64,000 bases of DNA from an uncultured Sulfurimonas sp. (GTDB lineage: Bacteria; Campylobacterota; Campylobacteria; Campylobacterales; Sulfurimonadaceae). The stretch covers positions 152 through 64,151 of the forward strand of contig CAZJRG010000001.1 in assembly GCA_964548435.1 (NCBI GenBank). Direction: 5' to 3'. Position numbers and translations under genes: made by a program. Of this stretch, positions 46,356 to 56,533 are shown one piece after another. Numbering within the stretch: position 1 is the stretch's first letter; each line of letters begins with the position of its first letter. The notes beneath the pieces are model-generated. The model saw only the letters and a list, made by a program, of their open reading frames with translations, had not been told where the DNA came from and did not search any database.

Positions 46356-46889
46356 ATGAGTGAAATTAAAATAGGTGTAATCACTGCAAGTGATAGAGCG
46401 AGTCAAGGTATTTATGAGGATATTTCAGGGGTTGCGATTCAGGAGACTATGCAGGAGTATCTGAAGTCTGCGTTTGAGATCGTCTATAGATGCATACCAG
46501 ATGAACAAGAGGTCATCGAAGCTACTATGAGAGAGCTCTGTGATGAGGAGGGGTGTTGTTTAGTGGTGACAACAGGTGGAACAGGTCCCGCACTTCGTGA
46601 TGTTACCCCAGAAGCTACGCACAATGTCTGTGAGAAGATGATGCCAGGATTTGGTGAGTTGATGCGTCAGGTGAGTCTGCAGTATGTACCGACTGCTATT
46701 CTCTCTCGTCAAACTGCTGGCATTCGAGGAAAATCACTCATAATTAATCTTCCAGGCAAACCAAAGTCTATTCGTGAGTGTTTAGATGCTGTATTTCCTG
46801 CGGTACCTTACTGCATAGATCTTATCGAGGGACCTTACATAGAGACAAATGAAGCAGTGATAAAAGCTTTTCGTCCTAAAGCAAAGTAA
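46356..46889 (+). CDS. mogA: Molybdopterin adenylyltransferase MogA-type protein
   Basis: 177 aa. VVTTGGTGPALRDVTPEAT and PGKPKS motifs of the MoaB/MogA family. Confidence 0.88.
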   Translation: MSEIKIGVITASDRASQGIYEDISGVAIQETMQEYLKSAFEIVYRCIPDEQEVIEATMRELCDEEGCCLVVTTGGTGPALRDVTPEATHNVCEKMMPGFGELMRQVSLQYVPTAILSRQTAGIRGKSLIINLPGKPKSIRECLDAVFPAVPYCIDLIEGPYIETNEAVIKAFRPKAK

Positions 46890-47958
46890 AAAGAGTTTCA
46901 AACACCACTTTACCGTTGAGAATGAGTAATAGTTTGTGCTCACCAGGGTAATAGTTGCGTGTTGTAATAGGTCGAAATGAGTATCTTTTGCTAAAGCTTC
47001 GCTCCTCTGTTTTGTAGTTGGCTTCTGCAATTTTGAAGACTTTAGTGTAGTGAGATCCATTTTGGCGCAGAAAAGAGATGCCATACTCAAGTCGCACAAA
47101 ACCCAAGTGAATATCACTTTGAAGCTTGAAACCAAACTCTAAAAAACCATCTGAGTCGACTTCATCTGTATGGTAAAAGTTCTTTATCTCGATATGGGTT
47201 GCCTCTTCGAGATTAAAGAGTTTTAAAGCCTCTTGATCTCCTCTTTTAAGAAGTGTTCTGCAAGCATGTTTAAGCATCTGTAGAGACTCTTTTGAGTTGC
47301 CTAGCCAAGAGTTTGTGATCTTCTTTGTTATATGAGGATGATCTTTTGAGATATCATTGAGTGAGTTGGCAACACTTTTTCGTACATAGGCACTCTCATC
47401 ATTTTTAAGAAGTTCTAAAATGTCCAATATCGGAGTGGGATCTCTCTTAAATGACTCTAGAGCTTTTCCCCATGGTAATCGAGGACGAGATCCCTCACTC
47501 GCTAAACGCCGTATGTGTTCATTGGAAGATTTTGCCCACTCTTTCATAGATGCAAGCGTTTGTGACTCATGAGCGATGAGAAACTCTCGTACAGCAAACT
47601 CACTTGAAGAGTTTATGGTAAACGCGGTAAGTGCATCCATGCTGATTTCAAAATGACTCAAGCCAAACAACCCTACATATTCACTAAAAAGCATATTTTC
47701 AAGTGAGTATGCATAGTTTAGCTTTGTAAACGCAGCTTTGAGTATTGTGATGTTTTGCGCATACTCTGGTGTCAAAAAATCATTCAAAAGAGTAGCAATA
47801 TGTTGCATACGTGCTTTAAGAGCACGCTCTTGCCAAAACTCATCAAAGAGTCTCTCTTTAAACGCTGCTCCATCAAATGCTGCATATACCTGAGTGATCG
47901 TATCACAAAGCAGTGAAATGTAGATCTTTGAGTAGAGCTCTTTAAGTTGTTGTGCCAT
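46876..47958 (-). CDS. DNA alkylation repair protein (AlkD-like HEAT-repeat family)
   Basis: 360 aa. NEHIRRLASEGSRPRLPWGKAL....DESAYVRKSVANSLNDISKDHP pattern. Converges on mogA with a 14-nt overlap. Confidence 0.78.
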   Translation of the reverse strand: MAQQLKELYSKIYISLLCDTITQVYAAFDGAAFKERLFDEFWQERALKARMQHIATLLNDFLTPEYAQNITILKAAFTKLNYAYSLENMLFSEYVGLFGLSHFEISMDALTAFTINSSSEFAVREFLIAHESQTLASMKEWAKSSNEHIRRLASEGSRPRLPWGKALESFKRDPTPILDILELLKNDESAYVRKSVANSLNDISKDHPHITKKITNSWLGNSKESLQMLKHACRTLLKRGDQEALKLFNLEEATHIEIKNFYHTDEVDSDGFLEFGFKLQSDIHLGFVRLEYGISFLRQNGSHYTKVFKIAEANYKTEERSFSKRYSFRPITTRNYYPGEHKLLLILNGKVVFETLFTLL

Positions 47959-47963
47959 TGTTG

Positions 47964-48581
47964 TTAGAGTCCTTCTAGTAAAATTGTCCAGAGACGATTC
48001 ACCTCTTTATCACTCAAAAAGAGGGTAGATCTGTTTTCATAAAGCTCTTGAAGTCCTCTCTTGTCAATTGGGAGTGTGTGTGCACATTCGTAATGGGTTG
48101 GTAAAAATGCACGGATTAAAGAGATGCTTTCATCTATTTTATGCGAACATAAAAAACAGACAAACTCTTTGTGAAGTCGACCTTCGTGTTCAAGCAGTTT
48201 AACATAAGACTCTATAGCTACTCGTTTTGGATTTTGCTTATTCCACTCTTGAGCTGCGTTTTCCAAAAGTTGGAAATAGAAATCTCCCAAATTTTGAGCA
48301 TCTTTGAGATGTGCAAAAAAAAGTCCACTAAAACTCTGCCAAAGAGAGAGAAGTTCATAGTTGTTAATCCATTTAAATCCGATATGAATTACATCTTTGA
48401 GACGTTTAATAGTAGATTTTGCTGAAGGTTCTACTTCAAAATCTATCTTAAAACCGATGTTAATTGTGGAGTGACGAGCACCGTAAAATCTATAAAGGGT
48501 ATAAAGTTGACCACTGCTTAAAATAGTGACAATTAGATCCTCTTCTTTTGCTCGATTTAGGTTTATAATATAGCCTTGCAT
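47964..48581 (-). CDS. recO: Divergent recombination mediator RecO (epsilonproteobacterial type)
   Basis: 205 aa. N-terminal OB-like MQGYIINLNRAKEEDLIVTILSSGQLYTLYRFYGAR and C-terminal Cys/His cluster CFLCSHKI....HYEC. Confidence 0.6.
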   Translation of the reverse strand: MQGYIINLNRAKEEDLIVTILSSGQLYTLYRFYGARHSTINIGFKIDFEVEPSAKSTIKRLKDVIHIGFKWINNYELLSLWQSFSGLFFAHLKDAQNLGDFYFQLLENAAQEWNKQNPKRVAIESYVKLLEHEGRLHKEFVCFLCSHKIDESISLIRAFLPTHYECAHTLPIDKRGLQELYENRSTLFLSDKEVNRLWTILLEGL

Positions 48582-48669
48582 AGGGGTAATTATAGCGAGT
48601 TTAACCTTGTTTTAATGCTTTTTTAGTTACCCTTTTACTTAAAAACAAGATATAGAAAAAATAAGTATC

Positions 48670-48675
48670 TATAAT
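48670..48675 (+). promoter_or_regulatory. TATAAT -10 box for gltB
   Basis: atcTATAATaat, 17 nt upstream of ATG 48693, followed by an AAGGAA RBS. Confidence 0.3.
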
Positions 48676-48692
48676 AATTTAGAAGGAACACC

Positions 48693-51600
48693 ATGGGATG
48701 TAATTTAGATTTATTAACTTCTTTTAAAGATAATTGTGGATTTGGACTACTTGCTTCAATAGACAATAAGCCAACACATAAAAACTTAGAAGATGCGATC
48801 ACTGCGTTATCAAGAATGATGCATAGAGGAGCTATCGCCGCAGATGGTAAAACGGGTGACGGCTCAGGTTTGTTACTCTCCATGCCGAAATCCTTTTTTG
48901 AAAAAGAGCTTGCTAACAAAGGTATCGATCTTCCTGAGCAGTATGCAGTCGCAATGGTTTTTTCAACAAATGAGAGCGACTTTGATGTTATTCAAGAGAT
49001 ATGCTCCCAAAATGACCTTAAAATTATCTATACAAGAGAAGTTCCTACAGATAAGGATGCTTTAGGTGTGCAAGCACTTTCAATGTTGCCAAACATAAAA
49101 CAGCTTTTTGTTGTTCCAGTTTCACCTATTGCAACTGAGAGACTCGATGCACTCGTATATCTCTCCCGTAAGGAGATCGAGTCAAAATTAAAATCTGACA
49201 ACACATTTTACATTCCATCATTCTCAACGAGTGTAGTCTCTTATAAGGGACTTGTTATGCCTACACACATTAAGCAGTTTTACAAGGACTTGGCATCTGA
49301 AGACTTTAAAATCTCTTTTTGTCTTTTTCATCAAAGATTTTCAACAAACACACTTCCACAGTGGAAACTTGCGCAACCTTTTAGAATGATAGCTCACAAT
49401 GGTGAGATAAACTCTGTAACTGCTAATCGTCTCAATGTAAAAGCGAAGATGGCAGGAGCGAAATCAGGAATCTTTAGTGACGAAGAGATGAGTAAGCTCA
49501 TGGATGTTATTCAAGATGGTATGAGCGACTCGGCAAGTCTTGATAACTTTATGGAGTTTTTACAGATAAATGGTGTGGACTTCTTTAAAGCTGCTCGCTC
49601 TTTGATCCCAGCACCATGGCACAACGATCATGCTATGGATTCAAAACTAAGAGCATTTTATGAGTATGCAAGTACATGTTTTGAGCCATGGGATGGACCA
49701 GCTGCTGTAAGTATGACAAATGGTAGATACATTGGTTGTGTCATTGATAGAAATGGTCTTAGACCAGCAAAATATATTCGTACAACAGATAATAGAATGC
49801 TTATCTCTTCAGAGTATGGTGTTTTAGAGCTTCCAGAAGAGGAGATAGCTGAAAGAGGGCGACTCCAATCAGGTGAGATGATAGGTATCGACCTTAAGTA
49901 TGGAAAAGTCCTTAAAAACAGAGATATCAACGACCATCTCAAATCAATGCATAACTATGATAAATGGCTCTCTGAAAATATGCTCTATCTTCAAGAGCAT
50001 GCCATAACCGCAGAGGTTGAGAAGTGTAGATTTTCTAAGTCTGAGATGGAAGCAAAACAGAGATATTTCAACTATACTCAAGAGGTGACAAAGCAGGTCA
50101 TTTTTCCTATGCTCAAAGAGGGGAAAGAGACAACAGGTTCTATGGGAGACGATACGCCACTTGCTGCGTTTTCAAAAGAGCAAAGAAATTTTACTGACTT
50201 CTTTAAGCAAAAATTTGCACAAGTTACTAACCCTCCAATCGATCCTATTCGTGAAAAGATAGTAATGAGTTTAAATACCGGTTTTGGTGAAATCAGAAAT
50301 ATACTTGTAGATGATCCAGAGCATGCAAAAAGACTTAAGACAGTTTTGCCAATCATGTCTGCAGAGAAATTTTCTATTTTAAAAGAGTTTGGTGATGCAT
50401 CCTCTTCTAAGTATGATCCTTCATATAAGTATGGTCAATATTCAACCGCATACAAAGATGATCTTAAGTCTTCTCTACAAAAACTCATTGAGAAGGTTGT
50501 TGTCGATGTCAGAGAGAATGGTGTTCGAACAATTATATTTGATGATAGGGAACTTGATGAAAATCATAAAGTAATTCCTATGTTGATGGTCATAGGTGCC
50601 GCGAGCCAAAAACTTCTTGATGAAAATCTTAGACATCTTGTGAGTATGGTAGCAGTAACAGGAGAAGTTTTTGATCCACACTCGGCTGCTTGTATGATAG
50701 GTTATGGTGCAGCAGCAATTTTCCCTTACCTGCTTTACTATGTAGTAGAGCAGTTAGCAGAGGGTACTGAATATGCTGAAGATATGGCGTTTAACTTAAG
50801 AAGACTGAGACGTGCCATGGGTGCTGGTGTTTCAAAAGTTATGTCTAAAATGGGTATCTCTACACTCGCATCATATAGAAATTCCAGACTATTTGACATC
50901 ATTGGTTTAAGTGATGAGATTGTCCATGACTGTTTTGCAGGAAGCAGATCGCTTCTCTCTGGACTCTCTTACCAAGATATTGAAGAGAGACTGGGCATTA
51001 ACCATGCAAGAGCCTATACTACTGCATTTGAGGGAAGCGATAAAGCACTTTATAAAGGTGGTTTTTACAAGTACAAAAAAGATGAAGAGTATCATGATAT
51101 GTCTAAGCCTATGATAGGGCTGATTCAAGATGCCGCAACGACAGGCTCAAAAGAGGATTGGAATAGACTTAAAGATGCTGTAAATACAAGAGATAAAAAG
51201 TTTATTAGAGATTTCTTTGAACTCAAAAGCGACAGAGGGCCTATCTCTATTGATGAAGTAGAACCGCTTTCTGCTATTTTTAAACGTTTCTCTACGGCTG
51301 CTATGTCTATGGGTTCAATCTCTCAAGAGGCTCACGAAACACTTGCTGCAGCTATGAATAAAATTGGAGCGAAATCTAACTCTGGAGAGGGTGGTGAAGC
51401 AACTGAACGTCTTAAAAGTGATAGAAACTCTAAGATTAAACAGGTTGCTTCTGGACGATTTGGTGTAACTCCTGAATATTTACAATCTGCAGAAGAACTC
51501 CAAATCAAAGTAGCGCAAGGTGCAAAACCAGGAGAGGGGGGACAACTTCCAGGTTCAAAAGTCTCTCCACTTATTGCAACTCTTAGATACACAAAGCCAG

Positions 51601-53126
51601 GTGTGACTCTTATATCGCCACCACCGCACCATGATATCTACTCCATAGAGGATTTAGCACAACTCATATTTGACCTTAAGCAGGCAAATCCAAGAGCAAA
51701 AGTGGCTGTAAAACTTGTATCTTCTGCAGGTGTTGGTACGATCGCTTCTGGTGTGGCAAAGGCTTATGCTGATAAAATCATTATTTCAGGTGGTGATGGT
51801 GGAACAGGTGCAGCACCAATAGGCTCTATACGTTTCGCGGGTAATCCATGGGAACTAGGACTCATAGAAGCTCATAACTCTCTAAAAGTAAACAACCTCA
51901 GAGGTCAAGTAACTCTAGAAACAGATGGTGGTTTAAAAACTGGTTTAGATGTTGTCAAAGCAGCAATTATGGGAGCTGAAGAGTATGCGTTTGGAACAGG
52001 TGCACTCGTTATTGTAGGGTGTATTATGCTGCGTATCTGCCATCTAAACACTTGTGCTGTGGGTGTTGCAACTCAAGATGAAAAACTTCGTGCAAAATTC
52101 AATGGAAATGTTGAAAAAGTAGTCAATTACTTTACACTTCTTGGAGAAGATGTAAGAGAGATTCTTGCAGCATTAGGCTACAAATCACTTGAAGAGATAA
52201 TTGGTCAAAATCATCTTCTTAAAGTTATTGATGATGAGTTTGCGAAGAAGTTCGATTTTGAATCACTACTCTATAAGATCGATGGCATAAACACATGCCA
52301 AGTACCTTTTAATGAACCATACGATCAAAATGAGTATGAAAAAGCTATCATAGAGGAGCTTTTACCAACCATAGAAGATCCAAGCAAGCCTATAGTTCTT
52401 GAAAAAGAGATCTCAAATCTCAACAGAAGCTTTGGTGCAAGAATCTCTGGTGAGATTGCTAAACGCTATGGAAACGCAGGTCTTCCTGATGGTACTATTA
52501 CACTTAATATGAAAGGTGTTGCTGGACAGTCTCTTGGAGCATTTATGTCTAAAGGGATTAACATTAATCTCTATGGTGCAGCCAATGATTATATTGGTAA
52601 GGGTATGAATGGTGGAAGTATTGTCATTACTGCTGAAAAAAGTGGTCAAGAGTTTGCACTTGGAGGAAACACTTGTCTTTATGGTGCAACAGGTGGACGA
52701 CTCTATATAAATGGTCAAGTAGGGGAGCGTTTTGCTGTAAGAAACTCTGGTGCAATAACAATTGTTGAAGGTACTGGTGATCATCCATGTGAGTATATGA
52801 CAGGTGGAACTGTAGTAATCTTAGGAAAAACAGGTGATAACTTTGGAGCTGGTATGACGGGTGGAAAAGCATTTGTTTATGATGAAGATAGAACATTTTA
52901 TGAAAAAATTAATATTGAACTCGTGGAAGCTATCAGGCTAGATAATGATGAGTTTGATGCAGATATGTTTGAGTTGAAAAATTTACTTAAAGATTTTGTT
53001 GCAAAAACTGGAAGTCAAAAAGCACAAGACATCTTACATAGCTTCAGAAGTGAGGTAAGAAAAATTTGGATGATCATTCCAAGAGGTGCAAGACCTACTC
53101 TTGAAGCGAGCAAAAGAGGAGAGTAA
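48693..53126 (+). CDS. gltB: Glutamate synthase large subunit
   Basis: 1477 aa. Ntn-amidotransferase Cys after a short propeptide (KDNCGFGLLA), FMN/synthase-domain blocks (SNSGEGGE, ISPPPHHDIYSIEDLAQLI, GGTGAAP) and a C-terminal GXGXG beta-helix domain. No small-subunit gene follows. Confidence 0.95.
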   Translation: MGCNLDLLTSFKDNCGFGLLASIDNKPTHKNLEDAITALSRMMHRGAIAADGKTGDGSGLLLSMPKSFFEKELANKGIDLPEQYAVAMVFSTNESDFDVIQEICSQNDLKIIYTREVPTDKDALGVQALSMLPNIKQLFVVPVSPIATERLDALVYLSRKEIESKLKSDNTFYIPSFSTSVVSYKGLVMPTHIKQFYKDLASEDFKISFCLFHQRFSTNTLPQWKLAQPFRMIAHNGEINSVTANRLNVKAKMAGAKSGIFSDEEMSKLMDVIQDGMSDSASLDNFMEFLQINGVDFFKAARSLIPAPWHNDHAMDSKLRAFYEYASTCFEPWDGPAAVSMTNGRYIGCVIDRNGLRPAKYIRTTDNRMLISSEYGVLELPEEEIAERGRLQSGEMIGIDLKYGKVLKNRDINDHLKSMHNYDKWLSENMLYLQEHAITAEVEKCRFSKSEMEAKQRYFNYTQEVTKQVIFPMLKEGKETTGSMGDDTPLAAFSKEQRNFTDFFKQKFAQVTNPPIDPIREKIVMSLNTGFGEIRNILVDDPEHAKRLKTVLPIMSAEKFSILKEFGDASSSKYDPSYKYGQYSTAYKDDLKSSLQKLIEKVVVDVRENGVRTIIFDDRELDENHKVIPMLMVIGAASQKLLDENLRHLVSMVAVTGEVFDPHSAACMIGYGAAAIFPYLLYYVVEQLAEGTEYAEDMAFNLRRLRRAMGAGVSKVMSKMGISTLASYRNSRLFDIIGLSDEIVHDCFAGSRSLLSGLSYQDIEERLGINHARAYTTAFEGSDKALYKGGFYKYKKDEEYHDMSKPMIGLIQDAATTGSKEDWNRLKDAVNTRDKKFIRDFFELKSDRGPISIDEVEPLSAIFKRFSTAAMSMGSISQEAHETLAAAMNKIGAKSNSGEGGEATERLKSDRNSKIKQVASGRFGVTPEYLQSAEELQIKVAQGAKPGEGGQLPGSKVSPLIATLRYTKPGVTLISPPPHHDIYSIEDLAQLIFDLKQANPRAKVAVKLVSSAGVGTIASGVAKAYADKIIISGGDGGTGAAPIGSIRFAGNPWELGLIEAHNSLKVNNLRGQVTLETDGGLKTGLDVVKAAIMGAEEYAFGTGALVIVGCIMLRICHLNTCAVGVATQDEKLRAKFNGNVEKVVNYFTLLGEDVREILAALGYKSLEEIIGQNHLLKVIDDEFAKKFDFESLLYKIDGINTCQVPFNEPYDQNEYEKAIIEELLPTIEDPSKPIVLEKEISNLNRSFGARISGEIAKRYGNAGLPDGTITLNMKGVAGQSLGAFMSKGININLYGAANDYIGKGMNGGSIVITAEKSGQEFALGGNTCLYGATGGRLYINGQVGERFAVRNSGAITIVEGTGDHPCEYMTGGTVVILGKTGDNFGAGMTGGKAFVYDEDRTFYEKINIELVEAIRLDNDEFDADMFELKNLLKDFVAKTGSQKAQDILHSFRSEVRKIWMIIPRGARPTLEASKRGE

Positions 53127-53218
53127 AACCTCTCGTTTTGCCATTTTTTGTATGTCTCAATATTATAATAGCAATGATATTTCCTTTTGTAAGCAGATAA
53201 GCACTCTAAGCATTGTTT

Positions 53219-53227
53219 TGCTATAAT
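53219..53227 (+). promoter_or_regulatory. Extended -10 promoter (TGcTATAAT) for accD
   Basis: Exact TGnTATAAT, 33 nt upstream of the proposed TTG start. It lies inside the track's extended ORF. Confidence 0.4.
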
Positions 53228-53260
53228 CCTCACCTATTTATCAAACATAAGGATTTTTTT

Positions 53261-54103
53261 TTGAACCTACTCAATCTTTTTCATAAAACCTTTGACAATA
53301 AACAGCCAGTAAAAGCCGAGGCTTCTTCACACTGGATAAAATGTACCTCATGTCACTCTACAATGTACTATAAAGAGGTTGAAAATCAGAATTATGTCTG
53401 TCCAAAATGCGGGTTTCATATTCGTATTGGAGTTAAAGAGAGAATTGCACTTTTAGCTGATGAGGGAACTTTTATAGAGCATGATGCATCTTTGGCACCC
53501 GTAGATCCTCTTAAGTTTGTTGATTCAAAATCGTATGTAAAGCGCATAGAAGAGGGTTTTGCTAAAACAGGGAGAAAATCTTCAGTCGTAGCTGGTAGCT
53601 GTAAAATGAATGGAGTTAGTGCACAAGTCGTTATTTTTGATTTTGCTTTTTTAGGTGGTTCACTTGGTTCTGTAGAGGGTGAAAAGATTGTAAGAGCTGT
53701 TAATCGTGCTATTGAAAATAGAGAAGGGCTTGTTATACTCTCCGCTTCAGGCGGTGCACGTATGCAAGAGTCGACATTTTCTCTTTTACAGATGAGTAAA
53801 ACTTCTGCTGCGTTGGCACAACTTGCAAAACACAAACTTCCTTACATCTCCGTATTGACAGACCCTACAATGGGTGGCGTTTCTGCCTCTTTTGCTACAC
53901 TTGGAGATATTATCATCGCTGAGCCTGGGGCACTTGTAGGTTTTGCTGGTGCGCGTGTTATCGAACAAACGATAGGTTCTGCTCTACCTGATGGTTTTCA
54001 AAGGGCAGAATTTTTACTTGAAAAAGGTTCAATAGATATGATAGTGAACCGAAATGAGCTTAAAAAGACTCTCGCAGATCTTTTAGTGATGTTTAAAGTT
54101 TAG
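53261..54103 (+). CDS. accD: Acetyl-CoA carboxylase carboxyltransferase beta subunit
   Basis: Zinc ribbon CTSCHSTMYYKEVENQNYVCPKCG, then the carboxyltransferase core FLGGSLGSVEGEKI...SGGARMQE. Start proposed at TTG 53261 (AAGGA 8 nt upstream). The track ORF starts at 53213. Confidence 0.9.
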   Translation: MNLLNLFHKTFDNKQPVKAEASSHWIKCTSCHSTMYYKEVENQNYVCPKCGFHIRIGVKERIALLADEGTFIEHDASLAPVDPLKFVDSKSYVKRIEEGFAKTGRKSSVVAGSCKMNGVSAQVVIFDFAFLGGSLGSVEGEKIVRAVNRAIENREGLVILSASGGARMQESTFSLLQMSKTSAALAQLAKHKLPYISVLTDPTMGGVSASFATLGDIIIAEPGALVGFAGARVIEQTIGSALPDGFQRAEFLLEKGSIDMIVNRNELKKTLADLLVMFKV

Positions 54104-54104
54104 T

Positions 54105-54665
54105 ATGAGACTTTATGCTTTATGTGATCAGGATATGCTCGATGCAAGAGGGATCACCATAGAGGAGTTTGTGTCAAAGTCAAAACTTCATGATGCTCAA
54201 ATTATTCAATATCGAAATAAAAATGGAGATGTTGCTTTCATAAAACAGCAGCTTATTAATATTAGAAAAATATATGATGGTTTTTTAATCATTAATGATA
54301 AGTATGAACTTGTAGAGTTTTGTGATGGTGTTCATGTCGGTCAAGAAGATATCTTAAAAATAGATGATGATAAATCAAAAGCTGTGAAAATTTTACGTGC
54401 CGTTATAGGAAGCGATAAAATTCTAGGTATTTCAACACACAACAGAACTGAGGTTTTAGAGGCAAATCTTATGGATTTAAACTATATAGGGCTTGGTGCT
54501 TACAGAGCAACTACTACAAAACAAGATGTCAAGAGTTTTTTAGGTGATTCACTCGATGAAATTGCTTCAGAATCAAAACATTATGTAGCAGCAATAGGTG
54601 GCGTTAAACTTACAGATAGATTCAAAAATGTTACATATCATGTTGTTGGAAGCGGACTTTTATAG
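54105..54665 (+). CDS. thiE: Thiamine-phosphate synthase
   Basis: 186 aa. [50 protein letters not shown] and VAAIGGV blocks. Confidence 0.8.
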   Translation: MRLYALCDQDMLDARGITIEEFVSKSKLHDAQIIQYRNKNGDVAFIKQQLINIRKIYDGFLIINDKYELVEFCDGVHVGQEDILKIDDDKSKAVKILRAVIGSDKILGISTHNRTEVLEANLMDLNYIGLGAYRATTTKQDVKSFLGDSLDEIASESKHYVAAIGGVKLTDRFKNVTYHVVGSGLL

Positions 54666-55123
54666 TGAATATTGAGCTTATAAGCATCGCAAAAAAAGAG
54701 AAAACACTTTATGATCCACTCTATAAAGAACTTATTAAAATGATCTCAAAGTATGCTAACTTTCAAGATACTGAGCTCTTTCCTAAAGAGATCGCAAAAG
54801 CGCACTCTATCTCTCCAGAAGCTTCCAAATTAGCCTATACAAAGATTTTAGAGCCATACATTGCCAAGGATTATTCTATTGTACTGCATCCAGATGGAAA
54901 AATAATCGATAGTTATGAGTTTAGTAAGCTTTTAAGTGATAAAATGTCGGTCAAGTTTTTTATAGGCGGAGCTTATGGCTTTCATGAAGATTTCACTAAA
55001 AAAAGTGATGTTCTTTTGAGTTTGGGAAAAATTACAATGAGTCATAAAATTGCCAAAGCTGTCTTGCTTGAGCAGATTTATAGAGGTTTTTCTATTTTAA
55101 ATAATCATCCATATCACAAATAA
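54665..55123 (+). CDS. rlmH: 23S rRNA (pseudouridine1915-N3)-methyltransferase
   Basis: 152 aa SPOUT protein. [13 protein letters not shown]....[38 protein letters not shown] start overlapping the thiE stop. Confidence 0.88.
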   Translation: MNIELISIAKKEKTLYDPLYKELIKMISKYANFQDTELFPKEIAKAHSISPEASKLAYTKILEPYIAKDYSIVLHPDGKIIDSYEFSKLLSDKMSVKFFIGGAYGFHEDFTKKSDVLLSLGKITMSHKIAKAVLLEQIYRGFSILNNHPYHK

Positions 55124-55131
55124 AAGGAAAA

Positions 55132-55488
55132 GTGTCAGTGCAAACAAGCGAGTTAAATTATTTTAAAGATATCTTATTAAGTAGAAAAAAGCAAATCATA
55201 AAAAATATAGACGGTGTAAATAATGAGCTTAGTCAACTCAGTGGTCTTGAGCTAAATGATGAAGGTGACCATGCTTCAGCAAATAGTAATTCAATGGTTG
55301 AAAGTGCCATTGTTCAGCAACAGGCTAAAGAGCTGGCTGAGATAGAAATAGCACTTGGCAAGATCGCTCATGGTGGTTATGGCGTTTGTGATATGTGTGA
55401 AGATGACATAGGTTTTCAGAGGTTAAAAGTAAAACCGCATGCCACTTACTGTATAGATTGCAGAGAAATAGTAGAAAAAACAAAATAA
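55132..55488 (+). CDS. DksA/TraR-family C4 zinc-finger protein
   Basis: 118 aa. Coiled-coil N-terminus and CDMCEDDIGFQRLKVKPHATYCIDC. GTG start with an AAGGA RBS. Confidence 0.8.
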   Translation: MSVQTSELNYFKDILLSRKKQIIKNIDGVNNELSQLSGLELNDEGDHASANSNSMVESAIVQQQAKELAEIEIALGKIAHGGYGVCDMCEDDIGFQRLKVKPHATYCIDCREIVEKTK

Positions 55489-55501
55489 AGGATCTTAAAA
55501 G

Positions 55502-56533
55502 ATGTATATGAAGCGATACACAGTCGGCGCACTTCTATTTATGGTTTTGGTTGGTGGTTATGTCTTTGCATATATCACACAAGAGACAATGAGCTTAGAG
55601 TTCTTTGGTGTTTTGTCTCCTCAACTTTCAATAGCTCTTTGGATTGTGATACCACTATTTGTTTTATACGTCGCAACGATTCTACATATTTCATTTCACT
55701 CATTTTTAAGCAGTTTGAAACTTCGAAAATATGAAAAAGATTTTCAAAACATTATAGATGCTATTGCTGATGCATATATGGGGAAAAAAGATAAAGTTTA
55801 TACTTTCAAAACAGAACGCTATAAACTTATGGGTGCTTTACTAGAAAATACACACCTTCTACCATCAACAAATCTTGAGATAAAAACAAGTAGTGAAAAA
55901 CTCAATACTATTTTTGCACTTCTTAAAAAGATTCATGCAGGCGAGGTTGTAGATCTTAAAAAATATGCTCTGAAAATGGATAATGAATTAGTGATTCAAA
56001 ATGAGCGAAATAGATATAAAAAGGGTGACATTACATCTGAAGAGGTTTTGGCAAACTCTACGAAATATGCAGAAATTTTTTGCAAAGAGGTTTATGTGAA
56101 CTTTGTTCAAAAAGCACCTTTGCATGCTATTGAAAAGTATAAAATGTATCTCACAAAAGAGTCGCTCTACGCCATTTTAGCGCGTGTAAATGCAGATAAT
56201 TACACACTTGAAATTCCAAACGCCACTATCATGTCTTTTTTAGAGAAGCTTGAATTGACACGTGAGGATTACATTAAACTTTCAACAGTATTGGCTGAAG
56301 GTGGTATGATTCCTGAACAACGTATCAAACTTTTTGAGATGCTCTCTGATGAGAATGATGAAATCATGGATGCATATCTTTATACGCTTTTTGATCTTGA
56401 GATGCTCTCTCCAGCCAATGCAATTTTAGATAATTCTCAACCAAGCGAGTATCAAAACTTTAAAGCATATCGTGCACTTAAAGAGAATAATCACAATTTC
56501 AACATCTCTCTATTTGTGCGACCTTCATGCTAA
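55502..56533 (+). CDS. Membrane protein with LapA-like two-TM N-terminus and helical cytoplasmic domain, function unknown
   Basis: 343 aa. Two N-terminal hydrophobic helices (VGALLFMVLVGGYVFAYI; LSIALWIVIPLFVLYVATIL) followed by a helix-rich soluble part. Confidence 0.55.
   Translation: MYMKRYTVGALLFMVLVGGYVFAYITQETMSLEFFGVLSPQLSIALWIVIPLFVLYVATILHISFHSFLSSLKLRKYEKDFQNIIDAIADAYMGKKDKVYTFKTERYKLMGALLENTHLLPSTNLEIKTSSEKLNTIFALLKKIHAGEVVDLKKYALKMDNELVIQNERNRYKKGDITSEEVLANSTKYAEIFCKEVYVNFVQKAPLHAIEKYKMYLTKESLYAILARVNADNYTLEIPNATIMSFLEKLELTREDYIKLSTVLAEGGMIPEQRIKLFEMLSDENDEIMDAYLYTLFDLEMLSPANAILDNSQPSEYQNFKAYRALKENNHNFNISLFVRPSC

Noticed and set aside
48693-53126. Missing glutamate synthase small subunit (gltD) as a sign of gene loss
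   Set aside because: gltB is intact and is followed directly by accD. gltD may simply be encoded elsewhere, which cannot be judged from a 64-kb window.
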